IMG/VR virus record: IMGVR_UViG_3300020469_000055
Span: 1-57,266 of that record
DNA from: a virus
Lineage: Duplodnaviria > Caudoviricetes
Length of the DNA: 57,266 bases
Strand: one strand, 5' to 3'
The position numbers and the translations under genes were made by a program. Of the stretch, positions 9,546 through 18,840 are shown in pieces. Positions within the stretch are counted from its first letter, which is position 1; the number at the start of each line of letters is the position of its first letter. The notes beneath the pieces are model-generated. The model saw only the letters and a program-made list of their open reading frames with translations. It had not been told where the DNA came from and ran no database searches.

Positions 9546-10562
9546 TTACTGAAGTCTTCGCCAATCAGTACGAGCTGCACGCATTTCTACGGCATTCCGA
9601 AACTTATCGTCTCGGGCAAAACGGGGATTACTCATATCCATGCGGTATTCCGCCATAGACTTGTAACCCGGTAACTCCCTAGAGGCACCAGCCTGTTGGG
9701 GAGTAACAGCATTTGTAGGACGAGCCGGTTCCTTATTAGGATTAGCTTGTTCATACGCAGCTGCAAGACCTCGAAGAGTCAGCTCCGAGTTTGAACCAGC
9801 GAGTCCTGACTGCAAGCCAGCAAGCTTGTCTCCGTCAAAATTATTCGCTGCCCAACGCAGGATCTTCGAGAGGTTTTCTCCTCCTCCCACCAAATCTGAT
9901 GCTTCGGCAAAAGCTTGCCGACGCTTAGCTTGATGAGCAGAAAGATAATCATTAACCATACCATCAGTAAAGCCGGTTTTAATCTTTAATTCTTCTCGGC
10001 TTTCCTGGCTTAAGTCACCAGTTGATGCAATTTCAGAGGACCATTTGCTATAATCTGCTTCTGAAACTCGAGCATTAGAATCAATTTCCATTTTCGATTC
10101 TTCTTTTTTAGCATCCGAATCAGGAATTCTAAGCTCATTAAGTAAATCTTCTGAGCTAGCGATTTCTGGGCTATCAGAAACCATTGCTTCAGTAGCAGAA
10201 GTAGGCTTAGTATAATCAGGATTATTAGTATTACCTGACATTTCATACTGCTTTTTTAAATCTGCAATTTCCTGCTGTCCTTTAGTATACTGACCCTGCG
10301 CATTCTTAAGACTATCGAACCATTCTCCGGCACTCTTAAAGTTTTCGGGAATTTTTTCTCCCTGCTCTTGAACATATCGTTCAAACATAGCTCGCTCATG
10401 AGCAAGTTGTCTTTGGATATCAGTAGCCTCGGGATTGGTATTAGCTTCTTGCAAACCAGCCATAGCTTCAGTAGTCATAGAAGCATCGCTACCTGGAGTC
10501 TCAGACTCTACAGTCGTTTCGCTTCGATAGTCAGTATCAGTATTAGTAGTCTCTTCAGACAT
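9546..10562 (-). CDS. Capsid scaffolding protein (gp9-like)
   Basis: Acidic; VGGGENLSKILRWA and GYKSMAEYRMDMSNPRFARDDKFR motifs; upstream of the capsid gene. Confidence 0.9.
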   Translation of the reverse strand: MSEETTNTDTDYRSETTVESETPGSDASMTTEAMAGLQEANTNPEATDIQRQLAHERAMFERYVQEQGEKIPENFKSAGEWFDSLKNAQGQYTKGQQEIADLKKQYEMSGNTNNPDYTKPTSATEAMVSDSPEIASSEDLLNELRIPDSDAKKEESKMEIDSNARVSEADYSKWSSEIASTGDLSQESREELKIKTGFTDGMVNDYLSAHQAKRRQAFAEASDLVGGGENLSKILRWAANNFDGDKLAGLQSGLAGSNSELTLRGLAAAYEQANPNKEPARPTNAVTPQQAGASRELPGYKSMAEYRMDMSNPRFARDDKFRNAVEMRAARTDWRRLQ

Positions 10563-10583
10563 TAGTTCTCCTTTCCAAGAGAA

Positions 10584-10778
10584 TCAAAATAACCATTTAA
10601 TACCAGCAATAATTGCGTTAAGACCGCAAACTACGCCAGCATGAACCCAGTTAGCAGCATCAATAACACTATTAACAGCAGCTACTAATGCATACTGAAT
10701 TCTAGTTGAAATTTTTTTAATCATACTACATTCTTTGTTACAACCTGATTCAATACAATCTTTAGAACATTTCATCAC
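10584..10778 (-). CDS. Hypothetical protein (Cys-rich N-terminus, hydrophobic C-terminus)
   Basis: Fills the portal-scaffold gap; its start overlaps the portal stop. Confidence 0.55.
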   Translation of the reverse strand: MMKCSKDCIESGCNKECSMIKKISTRIQYALVAAVNSVIDAANWVHAGVVCGLNAIIAGIKWLF

Positions 10779-12394
10779 ATTCCTCCTTGTTGCATAAGTT
10801 GCATTGCCGCATTATTGATTCCAGTTTGCGCGACCTGACCCGCTGCCGAGCCAGCTCCTTGGGCAGCACCCATTGCAATTGCTTGCTGCGCCTGCATTTC
10901 CATCATTTGCTGCTGCTGATCCATCATTCGTTGGTCAGTTTCGGTTTCGTTTCGAACCCAATTACGAGGATCAAAGCCAAGAGAAGAAATAAGCGCAATG
11001 CCATATTGATCCCAACGGAAATGCTTGATAGCTTCCGGGGGAAGATTTCTAACCATTTCGCCAAGCTGCATAAGTTTAGTCAGGTCGCTTTCTCGGCTAA
11101 GAGCCTGAAGTCCAGTAACAATGTTAACAGACAGCTGACCTTTTTCCATAAACTCTTCTTCAAGGCGTTCATCGATTTCATTGTTTTTAATCATCAATGC
11201 AATAGTTCGTCGAACAACTGGTTCTAATAAAGACCTAGCAATTGCACTAAAGGCTCCGCCCAGTACGTTTTCAATTTCCATACCAAGCATTCTAACTTCA
11301 GTAGCAGTAACTCGATCAGCCTGACGGATACCTACAGAGCCTAAAAGAAATGCAGCTCCAACTTCCCGACGCATTTGTTCGACCGCCGTTTGAGCAGCAT
11401 TAAGCTGAGGACTAATCGTTTGCGCGGGAGATATAGTAAACACATCTTGGTTTCTGGCTCCGATAAAAGATCCGGTTGGTGAACTAGCAACATCTTCGAG
11501 GTCAGTAATTCCAGCTGGATCAACTGCAACCCAAAACGTAGACGCAGCAGTCATGCCATCAATAAGAGCCTTGGTATATGCTTCAAGAGTTTCAATATCA
11601 CCAAGAACTTCCTCACAATGCGACCTGCCATAGTCTTCGCCAGTTACACCAATCCAACGCAAAGGTAAGAAGGGAGTATTTTTATACTGTCCCTCTTCCA
11701 CTTCATTCCCTTCACTATCTTCAGAATAATAATCCCATCCTTCTTCTTCTGAGTTCCAAACAATTCTATTGAAGTGTGCTTGATAATCAGGAAGAGCATT
11801 GGATGCATTCAGGGAAGACGGAAAGAAATTCATATCATATGCTTCGTACATATTGCTGTTAGGTTCCTTAGGAACCCAGTCAAGATAAATTAACTCAACA
11901 ACTGAGCCATCAATATCACGACGAACAACATATTGATCAAGACGATATACCCTAAAAGAGTAATCATCTTCCATAATAACCATACAATCTCCATTAACAA
12001 TTAGCTGCTGAAGCATAAGAAACAGCGACTCTCGAAGATTTTTTGTGGTAAGTTTGCTATAAATCTGATGAGATAAAGCTTCCATATAAGAAAAGGTATC
12101 AGGGTCTGCTTCATTTCCGCTATTTAGCTCAAACTTAAAGAACGGAAGATCGTTCAAAGGAAGGAGAGCTGAAAGCATTCGGCTTGCCATGTTAGTAACA
12201 CCGCGAGATGCAACCGAGCTATATGGCTTAGGCATTTCGCCATTGCCAGTAATACCATCAATTGGAAGAAGGGATGGAATAGTAAGGCTGCTCATATAAC
12301 GAGCACGCTCAAGCTTAGTTCCTCGAAGGGAATCTAAGTGAGTAAACCTTTCCGATAATCTAGAACCATCAGTTGGCTTCGCAATGTTTGCCAT
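10775..12394 (-). CDS. Portal / head-tail connector (gp8-like)
   Basis: SVASRGVTNMASRMLSALLP, GEDYGRSHCEE and RVTATEVR...LGG motifs. Confidence 0.96.
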   Translation of the reverse strand: MANIAKPTDGSRLSERFTHLDSLRGTKLERARYMSSLTIPSLLPIDGITGNGEMPKPYSSVASRGVTNMASRMLSALLPLNDLPFFKFELNSGNEADPDTFSYMEALSHQIYSKLTTKNLRESLFLMLQQLIVNGDCMVIMEDDYSFRVYRLDQYVVRRDIDGSVVELIYLDWVPKEPNSNMYEAYDMNFFPSSLNASNALPDYQAHFNRIVWNSEEEGWDYYSEDSEGNEVEEGQYKNTPFLPLRWIGVTGEDYGRSHCEEVLGDIETLEAYTKALIDGMTAASTFWVAVDPAGITDLEDVASSPTGSFIGARNQDVFTISPAQTISPQLNAAQTAVEQMRREVGAAFLLGSVGIRQADRVTATEVRMLGMEIENVLGGAFSAIARSLLEPVVRRTIALMIKNNEIDERLEEEFMEKGQLSVNIVTGLQALSRESDLTKLMQLGEMVRNLPPEAIKHFRWDQYGIALISSLGFDPRNWVRNETETDQRMMDQQQQMMEMQAQQAIAMGAAQGAGSAAGQVAQTGINNAAMQLMQQGGM

Positions 12395-12402
12395 AGCTCA
12401 CC

Positions 12403-12759
12403 TCACAATGGCCGAGCGCCGGAAGTACCGCCACCCATGCCCTGTGCGAGTGCTTTCTCTAAAGCAGAGAAGTCAACCTCTAGGTCATCTTTATCGTCTT
12501 CATCCTGAAGAGCATCAATTTCAACAGCAAGAGCACGCTGGGCATCAGCTAGGTCTAGTTCTTGCTGTCGAGATTGCTGTTCAATAAGAGAAGACATTTC
12601 TCTATCACGCTCTGCAAGCTCGTCTCTAAGACGAAGCTGTTCATCCGCAGCTAGTGCGAGCATTCGTTCATTTTCAAGAGCCGATCTTTCAAGCTGAGCC
12701 TGAAGCTCACTTTGAGTTGATCCGCCCATAATAATTGGGGTTCCGCCACCAAATGACAT
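12403..12759 (-). CDS. Small virion protein candidate (position of gp7.3)
   Basis: MSFGGG start, coiled coil, Gly-rich end; directly upstream of the portal. Confidence 0.6.
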   Translation of the reverse strand: MSFGGGTPIIMGGSTQSELQAQLERSALENERMLALAADEQLRLRDELAERDREMSSLIEQQSRQQELDLADAQRALAVEIDALQDEDDKDDLEVDFSALEKALAQGMGGGTSGARPL

Positions 12760-12774
12760 TAGTAGCTCCTTTCA

Positions 12775-13974
12775 TTACATAGGTCTAGTATCATCAAAAG
12801 TAATTCCGCTTCCAGCATTTACCGGAGTGTTTCCAAAGGATGACATTGTTGATTGGTATTCTCGTTTCTGCGCTTCAAAAAGTTTTCGAACCCTGGCTTT
12901 TTCAGCTGCCGTTGATTCCGCTAACTTTCTGTTATCTTCTTGCTGTCGATTAAAAGCATCCTGTTGAGAAATTGCTCTTTCTCTTCGACGATTAAACTCA
13001 TTCATAAAGTCTTCTCGTCTAGCCAACTGAGAAATTCCTAAACGATCCGTAGTTTTTTCAATCATATCCGCAAGAATTTTATTTGTATCTTGATTATAAA
13101 AAGCGGATACAGCATCATACTTTACTCCACCTACTGTAAAATCCTCAAAGCCCGCCATATCAGCAAGGGCTTTAGCTTCCGCAAAAGCTTCAGCATCTCT
13201 TTCAATTTTTCTTGCTTGTTCAAACTGATTTAAGTATTGTTGATTATAAGTAGAGTTTGGTTGAATTTTAAAATCTTCACTTTTTCCATAAAGGCTAGCA
13301 GATTCTTCTAAAATATCTTTCATAATTGCATCGCGCCTTGAAGCAAAGTCTTCTCTAATAGCTCTTCTGGAAATATCTGAAGGTACTTCTTGCTCTTCAT
13401 AAACATCTTCAAAACGAGTATCAATATTCATTTTCATTCCTGTAATAGGATTTCGAAAACTAAAATCAATTTCGGGAGCCTGAGGAGCTTTATATGCTTC
13501 AAGTTCTTTTAGATAACGCGCAGTATTCTGCATTCTAGTCTTTGATAACTCTCCATACATACGAGCAGAAGAAGCTGAACTAACGGAAGAAGGCATTCCT
13601 TCTCTAGCTTCAGATAATCTTTCGCTTTGTTCTAGCAATCGAGAGGCAAAATTTTCTTGTGCCCTACTCTGTTCAAGAAGAGCTTCGTTGTAGGCTCTAG
13701 TATCACTGGTATATTTTTCGGCAAGAGTATTTCTTTCTTGCGCTGCATTAAGAGTAATATTTTTAGATGCCCTAAAAGAGGATAGATCTAAAATACCTGG
13801 AATTTCATCTCTAAGGCCGCCTCTTCTATAGTAATTTCTTGGAGCTTTATAAGCCATACCTTTTCTATAAAAAGATTGCCCTAGCGCAGATCCACCTCCT
13901 CCTCCACTTTGATTGAAAATAGGATCAATAAACGTATTATATGCTGTTAAGTTTTTATACTTTTCAGTAGCCAT
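12775..13974 (-). CDS. Hypothetical helical protein, probable virion component
   Basis: 399 aa coiled-coil-rich ORF in the pre-portal slot. Confidence 0.65.
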   Translation of the reverse strand: MATEKYKNLTAYNTFIDPIFNQSGGGGGSALGQSFYRKGMAYKAPRNYYRRGGLRDEIPGILDLSSFRASKNITLNAAQERNTLAEKYTSDTRAYNEALLEQSRAQENFASRLLEQSERLSEAREGMPSSVSSASSARMYGELSKTRMQNTARYLKELEAYKAPQAPEIDFSFRNPITGMKMNIDTRFEDVYEEQEVPSDISRRAIREDFASRRDAIMKDILEESASLYGKSEDFKIQPNSTYNQQYLNQFEQARKIERDAEAFAEAKALADMAGFEDFTVGGVKYDAVSAFYNQDTNKILADMIEKTTDRLGISQLARREDFMNEFNRRRERAISQQDAFNRQQEDNRKLAESTAAEKARVRKLFEAQKREYQSTMSSFGNTPVNAGSGITFDDTRPM

Positions 13975-13979
13975 AGTAA

Positions 13980-14174
13980 TTAAATCCTCCTTTCATATTT
14001 AGAAACAATAGCCTCTAGTTTTTCAAGCGTCCAAAGCTGTCCAGCATAAAAAGCTTGCTCTCTCACAACCTCTTCACTTGGAGTTTGTGGGTTGTACTTT
14101 GGGTGAGGAAGAAGACTTTTTAACTCCTCCACTGCTTCTTGCAGTGAGGGCATTGAGTTTATCTTCGAGTTCAT
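13980..14174 (-). CDS. gp6.5-like small protein
   Basis: LLPHP...QAFYAGQLWTLEKL resembles the motif of small pre-portal genes in T7-like phages. Confidence 0.6.
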   Translation of the reverse strand: MNSKINSMPSLQEAVEELKSLLPHPKYNPQTPSEEVVREQAFYAGQLWTLEKLEAIVSKYERRI

Positions 14175-14295
14175 TAATCTTCCCCGTATTTTTTTCAATA
14201 AGGTTAAGTAAATCTAAAATACAAAGCTTAAGCTCGCCGAGAGTTACATCTCCACCTAACCCAAGCTTAGTACGAATAATAGTAAGCATATCCAT
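14074..14295 (-). CDS. Hypothetical coiled-coil protein
   Basis: ATG at 14295 after AAGGAGA; overlaps the next gene. Confidence 0.6.
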   Translation of the reverse strand: MDMLTIIRTKLGLGGDVTLGELKLCILDLLNLIEKNTGKINELEDKLNALTARSSGGVKKSSSSPKVQPTNSK

Positions 14296-14307
14296 TTTTG
14301 TTCTCCT

Positions 14308-14341
14308 TGAAAGAGGGGACATGCAAATGCAGAGGTCCCCT
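14308..14341 (-). terminator. Hairpin after RNR, possible terminator
   Basis: AGGGGAC...GUCCCCU followed by CUUUC. Confidence 0.45.
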
Positions 14342-14356
14342 GCTTCCCAAGCTAAA

Positions 14357-16237
14357 TTAATCACTACTCTCAATATCTACAATTTCACAGCTATTACCAC
14401 TGCATGCAAAAGTCTGAGAGGATTTTGTATTATCTTCCTTCTCGTACTCGCTAAGACGAGACCAATCAATGTCCGGGAACATCTGACGACGAGCGTCGTA
14501 CTCCGACTTGGTAATCGCTTCATACGGAGCCTGCTTGTACACATGCTCACTACGAGGAAGGAATGACAGTCCCTGAGCAATATCCCAGTACTCGCCATAC
14601 AAGGCAGAACCAATTTCCATAAATTCCTCAGGACGATACTCAATAGTAACGGAGGGATTATGATCGGTCCAATGTTCTTTAATAAAGGCCCAGTCTTTCA
14701 TCATCTCCTTAGCAGAGCCACGAGTTTCTTTTTCTTCATGTCCAATGACAAATTCAAAGACATAGGTGTTGGCTGGATTATTAACACAATCTTCGCCTGG
14801 AACACCAGCGTCTACCATTAAATGAAACAGGGGATCCTTCTTATCACATCGAACTCGACGGATATAGTAAGGAGCATAACGATGGTGGATGCCTGAGGCA
14901 GAGTCAACAAGACAGGATACGGTGCCTGAAGGCTTAACCGTGGTAACTGCCTTTGAGGTTTCGATACCAAGCTTTTTAGCCCAGTATTTGTTGACCCTTT
15001 TGGCTTCCTTGCGAGCTGCTTGAAGCGTCTCTTCATGAAGTACCAGTTCTCGGTTATCTTGAATACCCGTCAGAGAAACACCCAGCAAACGCTCCTCTTG
15101 AGAGTTACGATTCCAAGCCTTTCTCAGATAAGGAAAGTAGGTGCAATTAGACTGGACCGTGCCAATAATCGAAGCAATTTCAACTCGCTTCATAAGATCA
15201 GTAGCGTCCATGCCGGGCCGTACCACGACCTCCGTCAGGTTACAGAACTGCATAGGTCGAAGAGTAATTTCACCACAGGGATTTGTTCCGAAGTTATGAT
15301 CAGCATCGCGATCGATTTCAGACGAGCAAGCCTGAGCGGCTTCACGATTGAAGATGCCACGCTCACCGGAGTAACTTCGGTAGATGCTGAGCCATTCTTC
15401 CATAAACACATCCATCTCGGGCTTGGTCGTGTAGACCGCCGAGTTGTTGGCAAGGGAACGGTAGGAGTGACTTTCCCACCAGTTCCCTGACTTGGCACGA
15501 GCCATCTCATGATCATCAAGATCACTAAGAGAGATCATAGCCGAGCGTCGTACGCCGCCAACGATAACAGAATTAGCAATGACACATGCCATGTCATGCA
15601 CTTCAATAGGGCGTAGGTTGCGGCCACGAGCATTGTAGATTGCGCTTGTAATAAAACGAAGACAATCTTCCAAGGGTCCCGGCCCACTAGCACGTCCTCC
15701 AAAAGTCTTAAGTCGGTCTCCAGCAGGACGAATCCCACTAACATCCCAAGTGGGATGAACCCCACCCATAAGACTAGACAATAATGCTTTAACAGCATCA
15801 GCCCACCCAGCCTTAGAGTCTTTTACCTGAATTACAACCGACTCATCTCGGGTAATATCTTCAGGAATGGGTGACCATTTATCAATAACTCTCCGCTCAA
15901 CAGAGTAGCCAACTCCAGTACCATTCATTAGAACGTACAAAAGCTCGGCCATCGCGATGGGAGAATCAAGCTCTAGATATGAGCAGTTGTAAACACAAGT
16001 ATTGTCCCTATCAGCCGCAGAACCAGCAGTCATAAGAGCACGCATGCTCGGCATAACCTCAAGATTTAGGACAGCATCCCGAATATCAGAACGCTCTTCC
16101 AAAACAGGTGCTTTAGTAAGCATCCAATCCCACCAGCGATTAACGGTTTCGGTCCAGTTTTCTCGTCTACCAAGATCATCCCTCCACCGAGCGTACTTGC
16201 TTTGGTGAATAAATGTTTGAAAAGGTGTCATTTGCAT
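14357..16237 (-). CDS. nrdJ: Class II (B12-dependent) ribonucleotide reductase
   Basis: MPSMRAL, NCSY, GTGVGYSV, GGVRRSA, GTNPCGEI, KPSGTVS and a C-terminal CSGNSC; no beta-subunit gene seen. Confidence 0.93.
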   Translation of the reverse strand: MQMTPFQTFIHQSKYARWRDDLGRRENWTETVNRWWDWMLTKAPVLEERSDIRDAVLNLEVMPSMRALMTAGSAADRDNTCVYNCSYLELDSPIAMAELLYVLMNGTGVGYSVERRVIDKWSPIPEDITRDESVVIQVKDSKAGWADAVKALLSSLMGGVHPTWDVSGIRPAGDRLKTFGGRASGPGPLEDCLRFITSAIYNARGRNLRPIEVHDMACVIANSVIVGGVRRSAMISLSDLDDHEMARAKSGNWWESHSYRSLANNSAVYTTKPEMDVFMEEWLSIYRSYSGERGIFNREAAQACSSEIDRDADHNFGTNPCGEITLRPMQFCNLTEVVVRPGMDATDLMKRVEIASIIGTVQSNCTYFPYLRKAWNRNSQEERLLGVSLTGIQDNRELVLHEETLQAARKEAKRVNKYWAKKLGIETSKAVTTVKPSGTVSCLVDSASGIHHRYAPYYIRRVRCDKKDPLFHLMVDAGVPGEDCVNNPANTYVFEFVIGHEEKETRGSAKEMMKDWAFIKEHWTDHNPSVTIEYRPEEFMEIGSALYGEYWDIAQGLSFLPRSEHVYKQAPYEAITKSEYDARRQMFPDIDWSRLSEYEKEDNTKSSQTFACSGNSCEIVDIESSD

Positions 16238-16239
16238 TG

Positions 16240-16653
16240 TCAGTCTCCAGTTGAACCAAATCCGCCATCATCTCGATCGGTTTTATTTAAATCTTCTAAG
16301 CAATCTACTGAAGAGATCTTCGTCATGCAAGGAACAACAATCATCTGGATAATCTTATCTCCATCTTTGATATTTAAGTGTCCCTTTGTTGGGTGATAGT
16401 CTCGAACAATCTTGACTTCACCTCGATAGTCAGAGTCAATTACCCCACAGGTATTTGCTAGCTTCAATCCCTTTACTCCCCACGAAGAACGAGGAAGCAA
16501 AAGACCTACATGATTTTCAGGAATCTGTACATGAACTCCAGTTCCAATATGAATCTTATCATCGGAAACAGAGTTAGCGAACAGGTCGATTCCTCCAGAC
16601 CCATCCGTTGAAACAACCGGGTCGTAGTCGCCCGCAACAAAATACTTAATCAT
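16240..16653 (-). CDS. dut: dUTPase
   Basis: PRSS, GVIDSDYRGE and RDDGGFGSTG motifs. Confidence 0.95.
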   Translation of the reverse strand: MIKYFVAGDYDPVVSTDGSGGIDLFANSVSDDKIHIGTGVHVQIPENHVGLLLPRSSWGVKGLKLANTCGVIDSDYRGEVKIVRDYHPTKGHLNIKDGDKIIQMIVVPCMTKISSVDCLEDLNKTDRDDGGFGSTGD

Positions 16654-16717
16654 ATTACTCTCCTTGGGTAAGAGTGGTTAGAATTCTTAGGTATACTTAG
16701 GCATAAATTCTGCCTTC

Positions 16718-16741
16718 TTCTATACTTTAGTCAATATGGAC
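16718..16741 (-). promoter_or_regulatory. Phage RNAP promoter, copy 1 (GTCCATATTGACTAAAGTATAGAA)
   Basis: 24-nt motif present three times outside or at the edge of genes, same orientation; resembles T7/SP6 GACT..TATAG. Confidence 0.8.
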
Positions 16742-17496
16742 TAAGCCCATTTAGGGCTCCAAAGCCTGATTCCATCATCAGAAGTCCACTCATTATGTCT
16801 TAGGATTCGAGCAACCTGGGCCATCGCTAGGGCATAGTCCCAGTCGTATCCCGCCTGCTCATAAGCTGCCATGCAAACTGAATCCCAGTTTCTGGGGTGC
16901 CACTTGGACAGCAGCTTGTAGGACTTTTTAGGCCCCATATTCTTGATTCCAGGGTAGTTATCGGTCATATCTCCCATCAACCACTGCTGATAAAACATCA
17001 GATCAGCCCTCCACTCGGGCTGGTAAATTAGCTCTGCGGACTTGGTGGTCTTTTCTCCGCCCTTGCCCCTATAGCTATACTCGGGACGATAGTGCCATCC
17101 TGGGGTAGAAAGAAGATCCTTGTCCAGAGTAACCGCAATTGCTTTACCACATGAAGCAGCAATCCCCATGAGATCATCGGCCTCAAGAGTAGGAACAAAT
17201 TTACAATGAAAATCATCTTCTGCAATTAAATCTTTGGCATACTCAAGTCTCTCCTTTTGATCTTCTGCAATCTCTTTCTTATCTCGATGAGCCTTGTAAT
17301 CGCACCACACAGATCGACGAAAGTTATCTGCTCTATCCGCAGACCTGGCCACAAAAACATGATTGGTTTTAGGGGGAGTCCATGATCTAATAATCTGTCG
17401 AATTACCATAGGAACTTCTTCAATATCCTCGGTAATATACGCTGCTCTATGTGCAATCATATCACCATCAAGAATGGCCGTAGTCGGAATCTTCAT
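16741..17496 (-). CDS. 5'-3' exonuclease (gp6-like)
   Basis: ILDGDMIAHRAA, NFRR...YKAHR, LEADDLMGI, DKDL and GDMTDNYPGI motifs. Confidence 0.93.
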   Translation of the reverse strand: MKIPTTAILDGDMIAHRAAYITEDIEEVPMVIRQIIRSWTPPKTNHVFVARSADRADNFRRSVWCDYKAHRDKKEIAEDQKERLEYAKDLIAEDDFHCKFVPTLEADDLMGIAASCGKAIAVTLDKDLLSTPGWHYRPEYSYRGKGGEKTTKSAELIYQPEWRADLMFYQQWLMGDMTDNYPGIKNMGPKKSYKLLSKWHPRNWDSVCMAAYEQAGYDWDYALAMAQVARILRHNEWTSDDGIRLWSPKWA

Positions 17497-18388
17497 TATC
17501 ATCCTCCTCTTCAATTTCAAGACCGTGGTCCTCAAAAGCTTTTTGCCACCAACGAGATCTAAAGAAATCCATTGGAGCTTTGCGTCCAGACTCTAGATCT
17601 TCAATAATATCCTCAAACGCATCTGTAATTTGTTCTTTGAAGTCATCAGGAATATTTTCATCTTTACAAAGTTCTTCAAGAGCTTCTTTGAATTGTTCAA
17701 TTAATTCCTCAGCCTGAACATCACGCATAAAGGCAAGGCATTCGTTGCATTGGCATACTTCTCCGAATCTATTGGGAGTAATCCCCAAGATATAGTGGAG
17801 TCTTTCCTCCAGCTTCTTTTCAAGTTCTTGTGTTCCTTTGTTATTGAACAGGGACCAGTCAAACAAATCCATATAACCATCTTCAAACGCCTCAATTTTT
17901 AGACTCATTTCTTCAGACTCATGCTCTCGCCAAGGAGCATCAATTTCTGGGAGACTACTAACACGATCTCCAGCGTATACAAACATAGTAAAAGCATCCC
18001 ACATTTTCGCTGCTGTTAGTTCATTAGGATAGCGGCAATCGTCTACAAGTATTAGATACTCTTTGAACTCAGGATCATTTTTCTTTAGTTCATACTGCTG
18101 AAGTTGATGGAGCTTTTTATTCCACAGATTTACCCAATAATTTGGATCTTCCTTTCTCTTTGATGCTCCTAAGTTCTGGCATTCAGTTCTATATTTTTCT
18201 GGAAACTCTTCTTTAAACTTTCTCCAGTTAGTACCATAGCCATTAGATTTAGCTACTTCTTCTTTAAGGGGACTAGCGAAGGATATTCGTTTTACTTTGA
18301 AGCCCTCGGCTTCTCCCTCCATTTGAATTGTATCACAAATGTCTGTCTTTCCTACTCTTGCAAGCCCTCCAAGTACTACAACATGCAT
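17468..18388 (-). CDS. Deoxynucleoside monophosphate kinase-like protein with an acidic C-terminal extension
   Basis: GLARVGKT P-loop, SFASPLKE, DCRYPNE and HESE motifs. Confidence 0.8.
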   Translation of the reverse strand: MHVVVLGGLARVGKTDICDTIQMEGEAEGFKVKRISFASPLKEEVAKSNGYGTNWRKFKEEFPEKYRTECQNLGASKRKEDPNYWVNLWNKKLHQLQQYELKKNDPEFKEYLILVDDCRYPNELTAAKMWDAFTMFVYAGDRVSSLPEIDAPWREHESEEMSLKIEAFEDGYMDLFDWSLFNNKGTQELEKKLEERLHYILGITPNRFGEVCQCNECLAFMRDVQAEELIEQFKEALEELCKDENIPDDFKEQITDAFEDIIEDLESGRKAPMDFFRSRWWQKAFEDHGLEIEEEDDNEDSDYGHS

Positions 18389-18840
18389 TGATAAAACTCC
18401 TTAATCAGTTTGTTTGGATAAAACCTTTCCTTTACATTAGCATCAACAACTTGACAGCATCTCCAGACAAGATCAGTACAGGTTTTAGGAACAGGCATTC
18501 CAATATGCTTACCTACGTAGTGATAAAAGTAGGAATGAATAATGCTTGCTTTTCCGTAATTTTCAGTGGTATCAATAACTTTCTCAAACCAACTTTCGTT
18601 TGAACAAGACATCCACGGTGTTTGAATTGTTGGCTTTGAGAAAAGCCTTTCAATATACTTTGCAGGAACAAGAGTGTCTGTATTTTTTATTAGTACATAG
18701 GTCTCATATTCTTTATTACACACACGAATTCTAAATGCAACATGATTAATTTTCGCTGCGGTAACTCTGCTTATTTCTTGATTAACCCAATGGCCTTGTA
18801 TTGCATATCCAACAAGACAGAATGATGGTATTAGTGACAT
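18376..18840 (-). CDS. Permuted papain-like (NlpC/P60-type) protein candidate
   Basis: N-terminal NHVAF and C-terminal TCTDLV...YPNKL fit the His-then-Cys permuted order. Confidence 0.5.
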   Translation of the reverse strand: MSLIPSFCLVGYAIQGHWVNQEISRVTAAKINHVAFRIRVCNKEYETYVLIKNTDTLVPAKYIERLFSKPTIQTPWMSCSNESWFEKVIDTTENYGKASIIHSYFYHYVGKHIGMPVPKTCTDLVWRCCQVVDANVKERFYPNKLIKEFYQCML

